A stretch of DNA of 64,000 bases. It comes from a bacterium. Lineage in GTDB: Bacteria; SAR324; XYD2-FULL-50-16; G965216635. The position numbers and the translations under genes were made by a program. Shown here piece after piece: positions 21,645-31,554 of this stretch (position 1 is its first letter; every line of letters begins with the position of its first letter). The stretch lies in the NCBI GenBank assembly GCA_965216635.1, contig OZ244188.1, forward strand, positions 928,001 to 992,000. The letters are read 5' to 3'. The notes under the pieces were generated by a model. The model did no database searches. It worked only from the letters and a program-made list of their open reading frames with translations, and was not told where the DNA came from.

Positions 21645-22495
21645 AATTCTTCTTGAAATAGAGGTAGGCTTTCGTTTTGCACCGCTTTTAGCACAACAAA
21701 TACATATTCTATTCTAGAAAAATTCACATAGGGCTCTATATCCGCTTCTAATGAATAGTAGTATTTGTTTTCTTTAAAATTTTTCACTGTTCCTACTGGA
21801 AATTCTTTAGGAAAAATACCCGCCAACCCAGAGGTTACTATCTCATCTCCTTTTTGAATATCACTTTTTAAGAAAACAAATTTTAAACTTAATAAATTTT
21901 TACCCTCTCCTTGTAAAATACCTCTATCTCTGGTTCTTTTTAGGATTACCGGAATATTAGATTTTTTACTTGTGATAAGCTGTACATAAGAAGTAGTATT
22001 TTGCACAGTTAAAATTTTTCCTATTATTCCCAAAGAGTTAATAACAGCTTGGTTTTTTAATATTCCATGTTTTCTGCCTTTATTGATAACAAAATAATTA
22101 GTGTAATTATCGGATACACTTCCGATAATTTCAGCTAATTTTTTTTGGTCTTCGTTTTTTTTGTCAAATTGAAAAGCTTCTCTTAAATTTTGATTTTCAA
22201 CTGCAATACTTTTGTAGTTGAGAATTTTCAATCTATTTTCTTCCAGTTTTTTTTTTATTCTATCGTTTTCTTTTTTTAAATCTATCAGTATAAAATAGCG
22301 TCTGGAGAAAGAAACAAAAACTTGTTTGATATTATTAGAGAGGTTTCTAGCAGGGAGCGCAATGGATAAAACAATTCTTCCTAGCACGAAATCATTTCCT
22401 TTTTTGTTTTTGTTAATTTGTATAAAAACAATAGCAAGAAGCAAGAAAGATATGAATAGGATATTTTTTTTTTTTTTTCTAAGGTAAGCAAACAT
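21641..22495 (-). CDS. mreC: Rod shape-determining protein MreC (start at the second Met, 22495)
   Basis: TM helix, coiled coil, INKG, VTSGLAGIFP. Confidence 0.9.
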   Translation of the reverse strand: MFAYLRKKKKNILFISFLLLAIVFIQINKNKKGNDFVLGRIVLSIALPARNLSNNIKQVFVSFSRRYFILIDLKKENDRIKKKLEENRLKILNYKSIAVENQNLREAFQFDKKNEDQKKLAEIIGSVSDNYTNYFVINKGRKHGILKNQAVINSLGIIGKILTVQNTTSYVQLITSKKSNIPVILKRTRDRGILQGEGKNLLSLKFVFLKSDIQKGDEIVTSGLAGIFPKEFPVGTVKNFKENKYYYSLEADIEPYVNFSRIEYVFVVLKAVQNESLPLFQEEL

Positions 22496-22566
22496 TGAAT
22501 CAATTACCAAAATTTTTAAATTAGACAAACACAGTAGTTAAACAAGTCTATCTACTCTAAAAATTT

Positions 22567-23607
22567 CTATTTAAAATACTTTTTCCACTGGTCTAGATTA
22601 TTCAATATATAGCCTACCCCTAAAGCAACACAAGATAACGGATCCTCTGCGTAGATTATGGGAAGTCTTGTTCTTTCTCTCAATAAAATATCTAAATTCC
22701 TTAACAAAGAACCGCCACCTGAAAGCACAATGCCTCTATCTACAATATCTGCAGCCAATTCTGGGGGAGTGTCTTCTAAAGCATTTTTTGTTGCTTGAAT
22801 AATCAATTCACAGATATCCGACAAAGATTCCATTACTTCTTGGTTCGTCAAGCTAATAATTCTAGGTATTCCAGTTAGTAAATCTCTTCCTTTAACAGCC
22901 TTAGTATTGCTTTCTGCTTCCACATCATTAAAAGCACAACCTATATCTATTTTAATTTGCTCTGCCGTTTTTTCGCCTATCAATAGATTGTATTTTTTTT
23001 TAACATATTGGATAATATTTTCATCCATTGTATCCCCACCTATTTTACTAGAATGACTATAAACCACTCCACCCATAGAGATGACAGCAATTTCTGTAGT
23101 TCCTCCTCCAATATCTATAATCATATTACCGTTGGGCTCCGAAATGGGTAGACCAGCTCCGACAGCTGCGGCCATAGACTCATCAATTAAGTAGACTTCA
23201 CCAGAGCCAGCAAATTCTGCAGCTTCTCTAACAGCTCTTTTTTCTACCTGAGTTATTCCAGCGGGAATACCTATAACCAATCTAGGTTTTAGTTTGAAAA
23301 AAGAAGTTTCTTTTTGGACGCGTTTAATAAAATATTTCATCATTTCAGCAGTAACATCAAAATTTGCAATCACACCATCTTTTACTGGACGGATAGCTTG
23401 GATATTACCAGGTGTTCTACCTAACATATTTTTTGCTTCACTACCCACAGCAACTACTTTGGGTTTTCCTGTAGATGTTTGCATCACTGCAACTACTGAA
23501 GGTTCACGAATGGCTACACCTTTGTTGGGTAAAAAAACAAGAGTATTGGCAGTTCCAAGATCAATTGCCATATCACAACGGATAAATTTTGTTGCTTTTT
23601 GAAACAT
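22567..23607 (-). CDS. mreB: Rod shape-determining protein MreB
   Basis: IDLGTANTL, DIGGGTTE, TPPELAADI. Confidence 0.97.
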   Translation of the reverse strand: MFQKATKFIRCDMAIDLGTANTLVFLPNKGVAIREPSVVAVMQTSTGKPKVVAVGSEAKNMLGRTPGNIQAIRPVKDGVIANFDVTAEMMKYFIKRVQKETSFFKLKPRLVIGIPAGITQVEKRAVREAAEFAGSGEVYLIDESMAAAVGAGLPISEPNGNMIIDIGGGTTEIAVISMGGVVYSHSSKIGGDTMDENIIQYVKKKYNLLIGEKTAEQIKIDIGCAFNDVEAESNTKAVKGRDLLTGIPRIISLTNQEVMESLSDICELIIQATKNALEDTPPELAADIVDRGIVLSGGGSLLRNLDILLRERTRLPIIYAEDPLSCVALGVGYILNNLDQWKKYFK

Positions 23608-23625
23608 TTTATTTAGTTCAAAGAT

Positions 23626-24114
23626 TTAAATTTGTTTTAAGATTGATTTTTCTAAATATATTAAATCTTTCTTCATTTTCAATCCTCCTCCAAATCCAGT
23701 TAGGTTTGAATTTGAACCTATTATACGATGACAAGGATATACAATAGGGATGGGATTACTACGCATCACAGCACCTACAGCTCTAGCATATTTCGCAGAT
23801 AAACCAGCTTGAATAGCCAGATCTTTGTAGGAAATAGTCGCAGCATAGGCTACCTTATACAGACTCTCCAATACTTTTTTTTGAAAAGCAGTCTTACTGA
23901 TTTCGGTTTTCAATGAAAATTTTTTTATCTTTCCTTTAAAATAAAGTTCTAGTTGTTTTTTAGCAAGCAATAATATTTCTGTTTCTTTTTTAGGAAGAGT
24001 GAGATTTTTTGGTTTTCCTTTCAGGTAAATATTACAAAGTTTATCTTCTGTAGCCAGTAGACAAAGTTTACCTATAGGAGTTTCTAATTCATCAAAATAT
24101 AAAGCACGCGTCAT
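23626..24114 (-). CDS. ogt: Methylated-DNA-protein-cysteine methyltransferase
   Basis: ARAVG..NP..PCHR motif. Confidence 0.92.
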   Translation of the reverse strand: MTRALYFDELETPIGKLCLLATEDKLCNIYLKGKPKNLTLPKKETEILLLAKKQLELYFKGKIKKFSLKTEISKTAFQKKVLESLYKVAYAATISYKDLAIQAGLSAKYARAVGAVMRSNPIPIVYPCHRIIGSNSNLTGFGGGLKMKKDLIYLEKSILKQI

Positions 24115-25454
24115 TTTTTATCTACAAAATGGGAGATTAAATTTGTACCTAACTCGCCATCTTGAAAACGAAGACTAGCTAGTATTCTTTTTTCAAGAGG
24201 TATAGAGGTTTTAACACCCTCTATTAAAAATTCATCTAGTGCTTGCCTCATTTTTTGAATTGCTTGCGGACGATTGGCAGCGTGGACAATGACTTTGGCG
24301 ATTAAGGAATCGTAAAAAACGGGAATGGTATAGCCTTGATAGACAAAAGAATCAATTCTGACACCAAAGCCACCCGGTGAATGATAACTTTCAATTTTTC
24401 CTGGAGATGGAACAAAAGTATTGGGGTCTTCAGCGTTAATACGACATTCTAAAGCGTGTCCTTTAAAAGAAATTTCTTCTTGTTTAAAACTTAAAGGCTC
24501 TCCTGAAGCAATTCTAATTTGCTCTTGCACTAAATCTACACCGCTCACTTCTTCTGTTACAGGGTGTTCTACTTGCAACCTTGTATTCATTTCAATAAAA
24601 TAAAAGTTTTGTTTTTTATCCACAATAAATTCCATAGTTCCTAAAGAAAGATAACCTATTTTTTTTACCAAATTTAAAGAAACGGTCTGCATTTTTTCTA
24701 ACGTTTCTTGTCTTAAAAAAGGAGCTGGAGACTCTTCAATGATTTTTTGATTTCTTCTCTGGCAAGAGCAGTCTCTAGACCCCAAATGAGCTATATTACC
24801 GTGAGAATCTCCTAAAACTTGAATTTCTACATGGCGCGGATTTTCAATAAATTTTTCAATAAAAACCTCGTCATTTCCAAAGCTAACTTGAGCTTCAGAC
24901 CTCGCTATCTCATAAGATTTATTCAAACTTCCTTTAGAATAGACAACTCTCATTCCTCTACCTCCGCCTCCGGCGGTTGCTTTGATCATTACGGGAAAAC
25001 CAATATCTTCTACTATTTTATAAGCATCTTGGATGGTTGGCACTCCTTCGGTGCTACCTTCTACTACCGGCACTTTTGCATTTCTAGCCATAATTCTAGA
25101 TTGTATCTTATCCCCCATGATCTTTATGTGCTCTGTTTTAGGACCTATAAAAACTATGTTAGAAGTGTTGCATTTATCTACAAAATCTGCTCTTTCCGAT
25201 AAAAAACCATAACCCGGATGAATAGCTTCGGCTCCAGATATTTCTGCCGCTGCAATAATAGATGGAATTCTTAGATAGCTTTCACTAGCAGGTGCGTCAC
25301 CTATACAGATAGATTCGTCTGCCAGTTTTGTATGCAGACTATCTACGTCAGCAGTAGAATGGATTGCCACACTAGAAATTCCTAAAATTTTGCAAGCCCT
25401 AATAATGCGAATTGCTATTTCTCCGCGGTTTGCTATGAGTATTTTTTTAAACAC
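24111..25454 (-). CDS. accC: Acetyl-CoA carboxylase biotin carboxylase
   Basis: ANRGEIA, HPGYGFLSE, EMNTRLQVEHPVTE. Confidence 0.96.
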   Translation of the reverse strand: MFKKILIANRGEIAIRIIRACKILGISSVAIHSTADVDSLHTKLADESICIGDAPASESYLRIPSIIAAAEISGAEAIHPGYGFLSERADFVDKCNTSNIVFIGPKTEHIKIMGDKIQSRIMARNAKVPVVEGSTEGVPTIQDAYKIVEDIGFPVMIKATAGGGGRGMRVVYSKGSLNKSYEIARSEAQVSFGNDEVFIEKFIENPRHVEIQVLGDSHGNIAHLGSRDCSCQRRNQKIIEESPAPFLRQETLEKMQTVSLNLVKKIGYLSLGTMEFIVDKKQNFYFIEMNTRLQVEHPVTEEVSGVDLVQEQIRIASGEPLSFKQEEISFKGHALECRINAEDPNTFVPSPGKIESYHSPGGFGVRIDSFVYQGYTIPVFYDSLIAKVIVHAANRPQAIQKMRQALDEFLIEGVKTSIPLEKRILASLRFQDGELGTNLISHFVDKK

Positions 25455-25456
25455 AG

Positions 25457-25963
25457 TTAAGGCTTTCTAATTCTAAAAATTCTACTTTTATACTCCACAA
25501 AATGAGCATTTTCTATATAAATTTTCTCTATTGTGCCATCTACCTCTGCTTCAATGATATTCATGATTTTCATTGCTTCCACAATACAAAGAGGATCTCC
25601 TTTTTTTACTTTAGAACCTACTTTCACAAAAGGTTCTTCATCTGGATTAGAAGATTGATAAAAAGTTCCTACTAAGGGGGATTCCACATGAAATATATTA
25701 GGATCCTCTTTTGTCTCTTTAGTCTGAAGTGTATTGCTAGGCTCTTGTTTGGTTTTTGTAGCACTATTTTCATCTATTTCGGCATCTCTTTTGGCATCAG
25801 TTTGGGCATGGGGCTGACTACGGGGAGTGAATTGATTAGGGATAGCTTCAAAAGCAGGAGCTTTCTTGAGCTCAATTTTATTTTCACCTTCCTTATAGCT
25901 AATTTCGTGCAGGTTGGAATCTACCAAAATTTTTATTAACTCTTTAATCTGTTCAAATTTCAT
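25457..25963 (-). CDS. accB: Biotin carboxyl carrier protein
   Basis: SPLVGTFY and the EAMKIMN biotinylation motif. Confidence 0.95.
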   Translation of the reverse strand: MKFEQIKELIKILVDSNLHEISYKEGENKIELKKAPAFEAIPNQFTPRSQPHAQTDAKRDAEIDENSATKTKQEPSNTLQTKETKEDPNIFHVESPLVGTFYQSSNPDEEPFVKVGSKVKKGDPLCIVEAMKIMNIIEAEVDGTIEKIYIENAHFVEYKSRIFRIRKP

Positions 25964-26050
25964 TTTTTTGTTTTTGAAAGTATGAAACCATTACAAAACT
26001 TCTAGTGCAATGTTTCCAGAAAATTTTAAATTAGTCTTCACAAGGAAATA

Positions 26051-26293
26051 TAGACCTTTGAATTTGCGTTATGTGACGGCTAGGCAAGACAAAAAAAAAT
26101 TTTAGCTCGCAGGAATACTCAAGTATTTCAAGAGTTAAAAATTTTTTTTAATGGCGTAGCAAAAAACACTACAAACCTTGCATACTCCAAAAAAGAAATG
26201 AAAAAGTTCCAAAAGGCACTTTTTCTATAGCCCATAAATAATTTCAAGCAATAAGCTTGTTTTGGCTAAACAGAATGCAAATTCAAAAGTCTA
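26051..26293. mobile_element. Palindromic MITE-like repeat, copy 4, with an 86 bp unique internal cargo (26160-26245)
   Basis: Intact termini; extra sequence between aatggcgtag and aagcaataagcttg. Confidence 0.88.
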
Positions 26294-26390
26294 TAATAAA
26301 AGCTATTACTAAAAAAGTCAATACCAAAATTAAAAAATACCTATGAAATGGAAAAAAAATAATACATCCTCGTTTTAATTTAGCAGTAAC

Positions 26391-26472
26391 AGAGCCTTTA
26401 TTCACAAATGGTAAGAGTTAAAAAAAAATTTTAACACTGCTTTGGCTAAACAGAATGCAAATTCAAAAGTTT
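26391..26472. mobile_element. Half copy of the MITE overlapping the metE-like 3' end
   Basis: ttcacaaatggtaagagttaaaa...ctaaacagaatgcaaattcaaaagt. Confidence 0.8.
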
Positions 26473-28917
26473 CTTTAATTTTTGAACGCGCTGCGAAACA
26501 TCTGTCCCTTGCCATTCTTGGTTAGTAGAGGTTCTCTTTAAACTCACCCAAATTGGTTTATCCTTCAAATTGCTATTCATCCATTGAAGAATTTTTTTCG
26601 GTATGGAGATGCCCGCCTCCCCCTTTTCCAAGATATTCAAATCTATTTCTAAAGAAATTTTTGCATTTATTTTTTTTTTCTTCAGGTATTGAACTTTTTT
26701 TACAATATCTTTAAAAGTAGTATTCTGTGAAATTTCCAAAAAACAGACATCCATAATCTCCAATTTATCCAGCTGCAGCAAAAAGAAAAGCGCATTACTA
26801 TAAATATGGATTTGTGTTTTTTTTTTGATTCCGCGACTGCAGAAAGCAAGAGATTGCACAGTTTGTTCTAAAAAATCGCTTTTTAATTGCACTGCACCTT
26901 TTGATTGTAAATTTTTCCAATATAAACTTTTCCAGTATAAACTTTTCCAATATGATTTTTTCCAATATGATTTTTTCCAATATAAATTTTTCCAGTATAA
27001 ACTTTTCCAAAAGAAATTTTTCCAATATGAATTTTCCCAATATAAATTTTCCCAATATAAACTCTCCCAATATAAATTTTCTAGGGGAGGGATGTCCCAT
27101 TGTATAAAAGAAATATTTGCTTTTTCTAGGTTTAATAGGGTTTTATGAACTGCCAAGCTAATTTCCTCAAGAAGTGCTGTAAAAGTTTTATCTTTTCTTA
27201 AAAAGGACTGATATAGAACTGTATTAGGCATTGTTAAAAGAACTTTAAAATTTTTTGAAGAATATTTTTTTTCATTAGCAAATTTAATGGGTTCACAACA
27301 GAAAAAAGGGTTATCTGGTGTTTTTACATCATCGTATAAAATTGGAGGTTTATAGCAGGTTAGTCCAAAAGATTGCACCCATCCATTTTTTGTAATTGCA
27401 AAGCCCGATAAAAATTCGCAAAAACTATCTAGTCTGCTATAAAACCCTGCTTCTCCTAAGGGGATTAAATTTAGTCCCAATCGTGATTGTAAGGAATCTA
27501 TAGATTGTTTTTCTGGAATTGTTTCTGTAACTAGAGATAAAGAGGTTGAAGTTGTCAGTGGGTTTTGCGGTAAACCGTCTAATAACTGTTTCTTTGCTCT
27601 TATTTGAGTGGCGGTTTTTCTGATTTTTAACTGGTTTACTATTTTGTCTTCATTTAAATTTTTTTGAAAAAATAATTTATTAAAAGCGGAGGTCTTTAAA
27701 GTTGAGGTTTTTAAAGTTACTGGTGCAACCGTATTTGTAACAGATTTAAAACTTGAATAAGAATCTATTTCTGTTTGGATTACTTTCGCTCCTTTATTTA
27801 AACCTTTCGTTAATAAAGCTACTTCTTCAATTTTTTGTTTAGCAAAAGCTAGTTTGTGTTGAATTTTTTTCATTGCAGGAGAAGAAAAATCCTCTAAATT
27901 TTTATCGTAAGGCACAAAAAGTAAGGAGCTATTAGGAGCAACCTGAATTTTTTCTAAACCGAATTTACGAGCGGCTTTTTCTAAGTACTTTAAAGAATGA
28001 GCGAGATTGTTTTTCCAAATATTTGTAGCATCTACTACTCCTAAAGAAATGGACGAATAGGATTCTAAATTTTTAGAAAGTATAAAATCCAGTTGTTTTG
28101 CATCTGCTACCAGATCTAAATGAATAGTGGAAAAAGGTAATCCGTCCAAAGCAGCCCAATTTTGACAAATACTACCAAAATAACTGATCAAAGCAGTGTG
28201 TAAATCACTGTGGGATAATAGGTGCTTATAAGCTTTATAAAAAATCTGTTGCTGCTCTTGAGTAAGATTTAGTGTTAAACAGGGTTCGTGAAAATAAACT
28301 CGCTCTGCTCCGCGGTTTTTCAACTTTTCTAATAAACTCTCATAACATCTTAAAAGTTTATAAATTAGAGAGAGCCTGTTAAAATTTCCCTCTCCAAGCA
28401 TTAAAAAGGAAAAAGGTCCTAAAATAGAAGGAATTGTTTCTATTCCACAAGATTTAGCTTCTAAATATTCTAATACAGGTTTTTGAGTAGATAAAGAAAA
28501 TTGCTGTCTTCTTGTGAACTCTGGAACGACATATTGATATTTTGTATCAAAAAACGTTTTTGTTTTTAAAGGAGCAATGATTTTATCACGAACAGTAGTT
28601 TGATTTATGGGGTATCCCACCATTTCAAAGTAGGTCTCAAAATCTACCAGTTTTTTTCTATTCCAATGAAATCTTTTAGGAACGACCCCGAAAAGAGCTG
28701 CCGTATCTAAAACAAAATCAAAATAAGAAAAATCATTAGAAGGGATGTGGTCTATACCAGCATTTTTTTGGACGATCCATTTTTTTTGGCGAATTTTTCT
28801 GACAAAAATTTCTAGTGTTTCTTGGAGAATTTTACCAGTTACAAAACCCTGGATGGTGCGAGTAAGTTCTAAGTTCGCTCCTATGTTGGGAAAGCCTAAG
28901 CTACTAGAGGTTGCCAT
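26446..28917 (-). CDS. metE: MetE-like cobalamin-independent methionine synthase homologue with a degenerate C-terminal domain
   Basis: LGFPNIG, IPSNDFSYFD, FDTKYQYVVPE, NGWVQSFG..CYKPP. The Zn-binding HxC is replaced by IHIYS, and a Trp-rich repeat is inserted. Confidence 0.7.
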   Translation of the reverse strand: MATSSSLGFPNIGANLELTRTIQGFVTGKILQETLEIFVRKIRQKKWIVQKNAGIDHIPSNDFSYFDFVLDTAALFGVVPKRFHWNRKKLVDFETYFEMVGYPINQTTVRDKIIAPLKTKTFFDTKYQYVVPEFTRRQQFSLSTQKPVLEYLEAKSCGIETIPSILGPFSFLMLGEGNFNRLSLIYKLLRCYESLLEKLKNRGAERVYFHEPCLTLNLTQEQQQIFYKAYKHLLSHSDLHTALISYFGSICQNWAALDGLPFSTIHLDLVADAKQLDFILSKNLESYSSISLGVVDATNIWKNNLAHSLKYLEKAARKFGLEKIQVAPNSSLLFVPYDKNLEDFSSPAMKKIQHKLAFAKQKIEEVALLTKGLNKGAKVIQTEIDSYSSFKSVTNTVAPVTLKTSTLKTSAFNKLFFQKNLNEDKIVNQLKIRKTATQIRAKKQLLDGLPQNPLTTSTSLSLVTETIPEKQSIDSLQSRLGLNLIPLGEAGFYSRLDSFCEFLSGFAITKNGWVQSFGLTCYKPPILYDDVKTPDNPFFCCEPIKFANEKKYSSKNFKVLLTMPNTVLYQSFLRKDKTFTALLEEISLAVHKTLLNLEKANISFIQWDIPPLENLYWESLYWENLYWENSYWKNFFWKSLYWKNLYWKKSYWKKSYWKSLYWKSLYWKNLQSKGAVQLKSDFLEQTVQSLAFCSRGIKKKTQIHIYSNALFFLLQLDKLEIMDVCFLEISQNTTFKDIVKKVQYLKKKKINAKISLEIDLNILEKGEAGISIPKKILQWMNSNLKDKPIWVSLKRTSTNQEWQGTDVSQRVQKLKKLLNLHSV
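26908..27080 (-). repeat. 15 bp tandem repeat (about 11 units) encoding W[K/E]xxY pentapeptides
   Basis: ttttccaatataaa[a/c]-type units in tandem. Confidence 0.92.
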
Positions 28918-29371
28918 TTTGTCTTTTTAAAAAAAATCTCACCAATCTTAAAAAGCTACTCACTGCAAAACTAAACAGAATAATAAAAAAAAACAGACTT
29001 GGTAACCAACGAGGAATATTTAAATCTCCTTCAAAATAATTTTGAAAATCCCATTGATAAAGCAAATTATTCCAAGCAGAAATTGCAATAAAAATACTAA
29101 TCAACAAGACTGTGAACATAGAAAATAAATCTATTTTTCTCTTTGTTTTTTGAGAAAATTTATCAAAAAAAAAGTTAATTCTAATATGTTCGGAGTGCAA
29201 ACCTATTAAAGGAAAAAAAATTGTCAGAGCAATAAAAATTTCTGCAATTTGTATGTAATCAGGGATGGAGGATAAAAAAAAATTACGCAGAAATACCTGC
29301 ACACCAATCAACAGTGTAATGACGAGTAGGCAAGCAGCAGCAAAATTTAAAAAAAAATGAGAACTTTTCAT
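28904..29371 (-). CDS. TRAP transporter small permease (DctQ-like)
   Basis: Four TM helices, EHIRINF motif, downstream of a DctP-like gene. Confidence 0.8.
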   Translation of the reverse strand: MKSSHFFLNFAAACLLVITLLIGVQVFLRNFFLSSIPDYIQIAEIFIALTIFFPLIGLHSEHIRINFFFDKFSQKTKRKIDLFSMFTVLLISIFIAISAWNNLLYQWDFQNYFEGDLNIPRWLPSLFFFIILFSFAVSSFLRLVRFFLKRQNGNL

Positions 29372-29388
29372 TAACGTTTTGTTTAACT

Positions 29389-29451
29389 CCCAATAGACTA
29401 ATTATACCGCCAATAGACTAACCTAATAGATTATACCGCCAATAGACTAAA
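29389..29451. repeat. Short intergenic tandem repeat (ccaatagactaa x3, ttataccg x2)
   Basis: Read directly from the sequence. Confidence 0.8.
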
Positions 29452-29482
29452 CAAGCAGACTTGTCTAATTACAAAGTGCTCC

Positions 29483-30532
29483 TTATTTTTGCCAAGGATA
29501 ACCCTTATTTTTTTTGATTTTTTGGTATTTTTTAATAAGTTTTTGGTATTCACGGAGTAGTTTTTCTCCCTCGTTTCCGTTCTTAGATTTCCAAGTTTCA
29601 ATTTCGTTTTTTCCAGCCTTAAGAAGTTTTTTCTTATCTTTTCTCTTTAACGAAACCACTTTCACTTGATGACCATCTATACCATCTATCAATTTTTGAC
29701 GAATGCTTTCTCTATTTTCAATCATAGCTTTTGCAAAATCGTCAATAAATTCTAAACTCACCTTCTTAATCAAATTTTGGTGCTTGGGGCTTAGTTTTTG
29801 TAAAAAATCTTGATTGATAACAATTCCAAAACTCATATTCTGTCCCCAGTTGAGTTCTAACAGATTTTTGGCAACCTCGTATTGCTTATAGGCTTCAATG
29901 GAATAGTAGTAATTCTGGTTACAATCCACTAAACCTGTTTGCAAGGCTTGATAAACTGCTGGCTGCGAAAGTTTTTGGACACTAGCTCCTAGGCTAGAAA
30001 AAACCCTTCCATAAGGACCACTCGCTCTAATTTTTGTTTTTTGTAGTTCTTGTATAGAAGACACTTTTTTTTTGCATATTAACTGAATAGGTCCCGTAGT
30101 ATAATTAGAAAGATAAACTACATTGGAGTTTTCAAATTGTTTTTGCATAGCAGCAGAATTTTGCACCAGTTGAGAAAGAGCCCGCATACCTACCCATTCA
30201 TCCGCCCATTCGTTAGAATGAGAAACAGGTAAATCTCCCAAAGTATAAAGACTCAATTCCTTAGGGGTTAAAAATCCGACAACAGAGCCCATATCCGCTG
30301 CGCCGTCGCCTACTCCTTTTAAGATAGATCTTATTTTCAACAAAGAACCTCCCCAAAAAAACTGAATTTGGAGTTCTTTATTGCTTGCTTTTTCTAATTT
30401 TTTAGCAAATTGTTGTAAGGCTTGTGCCCTCAGACCACGGTTCGGAGAAAATTCTGCAAAGCGAATTGTTTTTGCATAGCTAATGTTAATACAAAAAATA
30501 AAAATCAGTAGGGGAAGTGTTTTTTTAAACAT
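29483..30532 (-). CDS. TRAP transporter substrate-binding protein (DctP-like)
   Basis: Signal peptide, FWGGSL, KIRASG, VYQALQTGLVD. Confidence 0.88.
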   Translation of the reverse strand: MFKKTLPLLIFIFCINISYAKTIRFAEFSPNRGLRAQALQQFAKKLEKASNKELQIQFFWGGSLLKIRSILKGVGDGAADMGSVVGFLTPKELSLYTLGDLPVSHSNEWADEWVGMRALSQLVQNSAAMQKQFENSNVVYLSNYTTGPIQLICKKKVSSIQELQKTKIRASGPYGRVFSSLGASVQKLSQPAVYQALQTGLVDCNQNYYYSIEAYKQYEVAKNLLELNWGQNMSFGIVINQDFLQKLSPKHQNLIKKVSLEFIDDFAKAMIENRESIRQKLIDGIDGHQVKVVSLKRKDKKKLLKAGKNEIETWKSKNGNEGEKLLREYQKLIKKYQKIKKNKGYPWQK

Positions 30533-30549
30533 ATTTTTGAAACTATAGT

Positions 30550-30660
30550 GAGAGTTTTGAATTAGTGTTATGACGTTTTTGTTTTAAACTTCAGACAGAT
30601 TATCGCCAAAGTACTTATCTGCACTTTGGTGGTTCGTACCTGTTCTAACCATTTGGCTTA
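30550..30660. mobile_element. Degenerate MITE fragments (GAGA-end variant)
   Basis: gagagttttgaattagtgttatgacg and ttcgtacctgttctaaccatttggct match family modules. Confidence 0.55.
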
Positions 30661-30783
30661 ACGCTAGATTTTTTTTTTTTGCTTTTACGAAAAGCAAAAA
30701 AAATTACCTTTTTGAGAGGATAATTGAAAAAAAATCTAAAAAAAAATAAATAAAATTTATCTCCCATAAACTGAACATTACTG

Positions 30784-31293
30784 CTAACTCGCAGTTTTTA
30801 AAAGTTGCAGTATAGTTACAACCAACCCACCAACTGCTAACTGGACTGACACACCCCAAAATAACAAAGTGTTTTTGTTTTTTTCTGCTTCTGTTCTCAT
30901 CATTTCTATTTTTAAATCGGTATCGCTTTTGTTTTTTGCTGCTTCTGTTCTCATCTTTTCTATTTTCAAATCGGTAGCGCTTTTGTTTTTTGCTATAGTT
31001 TTTTCTAGGTCGCTTTTGGTTTTTATTATTTCCTTCTCAATATCTTTCAGTTTTATGTCTGTATCGCTTTTGTTGTCTGAAATGATGGCTTCCAATCTCC
31101 AGATATCCCCTTTGTCCGTAGGAAGAGTGGTATCCAAACCCGCTTCTGCAGCACTAGAAGCCAAAGCTTTTGGGACCAGTTCTACAAACTCTCCAATAGC
31201 AATCTCTGCGCTCTTTTTTTCTGCACCTAGTCCAATCAAAAGATCGTAGATTTTAGTAGAAGTAAATTTTTGTGCTGTAGTTGTTCTTAACAT
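30784..31293 (-). CDS. DUF1640/CCDC90-like coiled-coil protein with a C-terminal membrane anchor
   Basis: N-terminal head, K(T/S)D-containing coiled-coil repeats, LLFW..C-terminal TM helix. Confidence 0.65.
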   Translation of the reverse strand: MLRTTTAQKFTSTKIYDLLIGLGAEKKSAEIAIGEFVELVPKALASSAAEAGLDTTLPTDKGDIWRLEAIISDNKSDTDIKLKDIEKEIIKTKSDLEKTIAKNKSATDLKIEKMRTEAAKNKSDTDLKIEMMRTEAEKNKNTLLFWGVSVQLAVGGLVVTILQLLKTAS

Positions 31294-31554
31294 TTTACTT
31301 TTATAAGGTTTTTATTTTGGTTATTTTATTTGGTTGTTTTATTTTAGCAAATTGTCCTATTAAAGTCAAGTTCTAAAAAATAAAAAGATTATGGGGCAGA
31401 ATTAAAAAAATGTCCACTGCAATTTTGTTTTTTAGGTGTTTTTGCGGGAACGTTATTTTTTGCTTATTCAACCATTTTGGGTAAAAATGTGTCCCCGTTC
31501 TTAAGAAGATGTTTGGGGAAATGCGGGGCGTTATTTTTTATTTTATGTAGGTCT

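Noticed and set aside
26798..27148. Three overlapping alternative ORFs in metE
   Set aside because: Open frames arise trivially from the stop-free 15 bp repeat.
29389..29451. Mini CRISPR
   Set aside because: The units are 12 bp with repeated, not unique, spacers.
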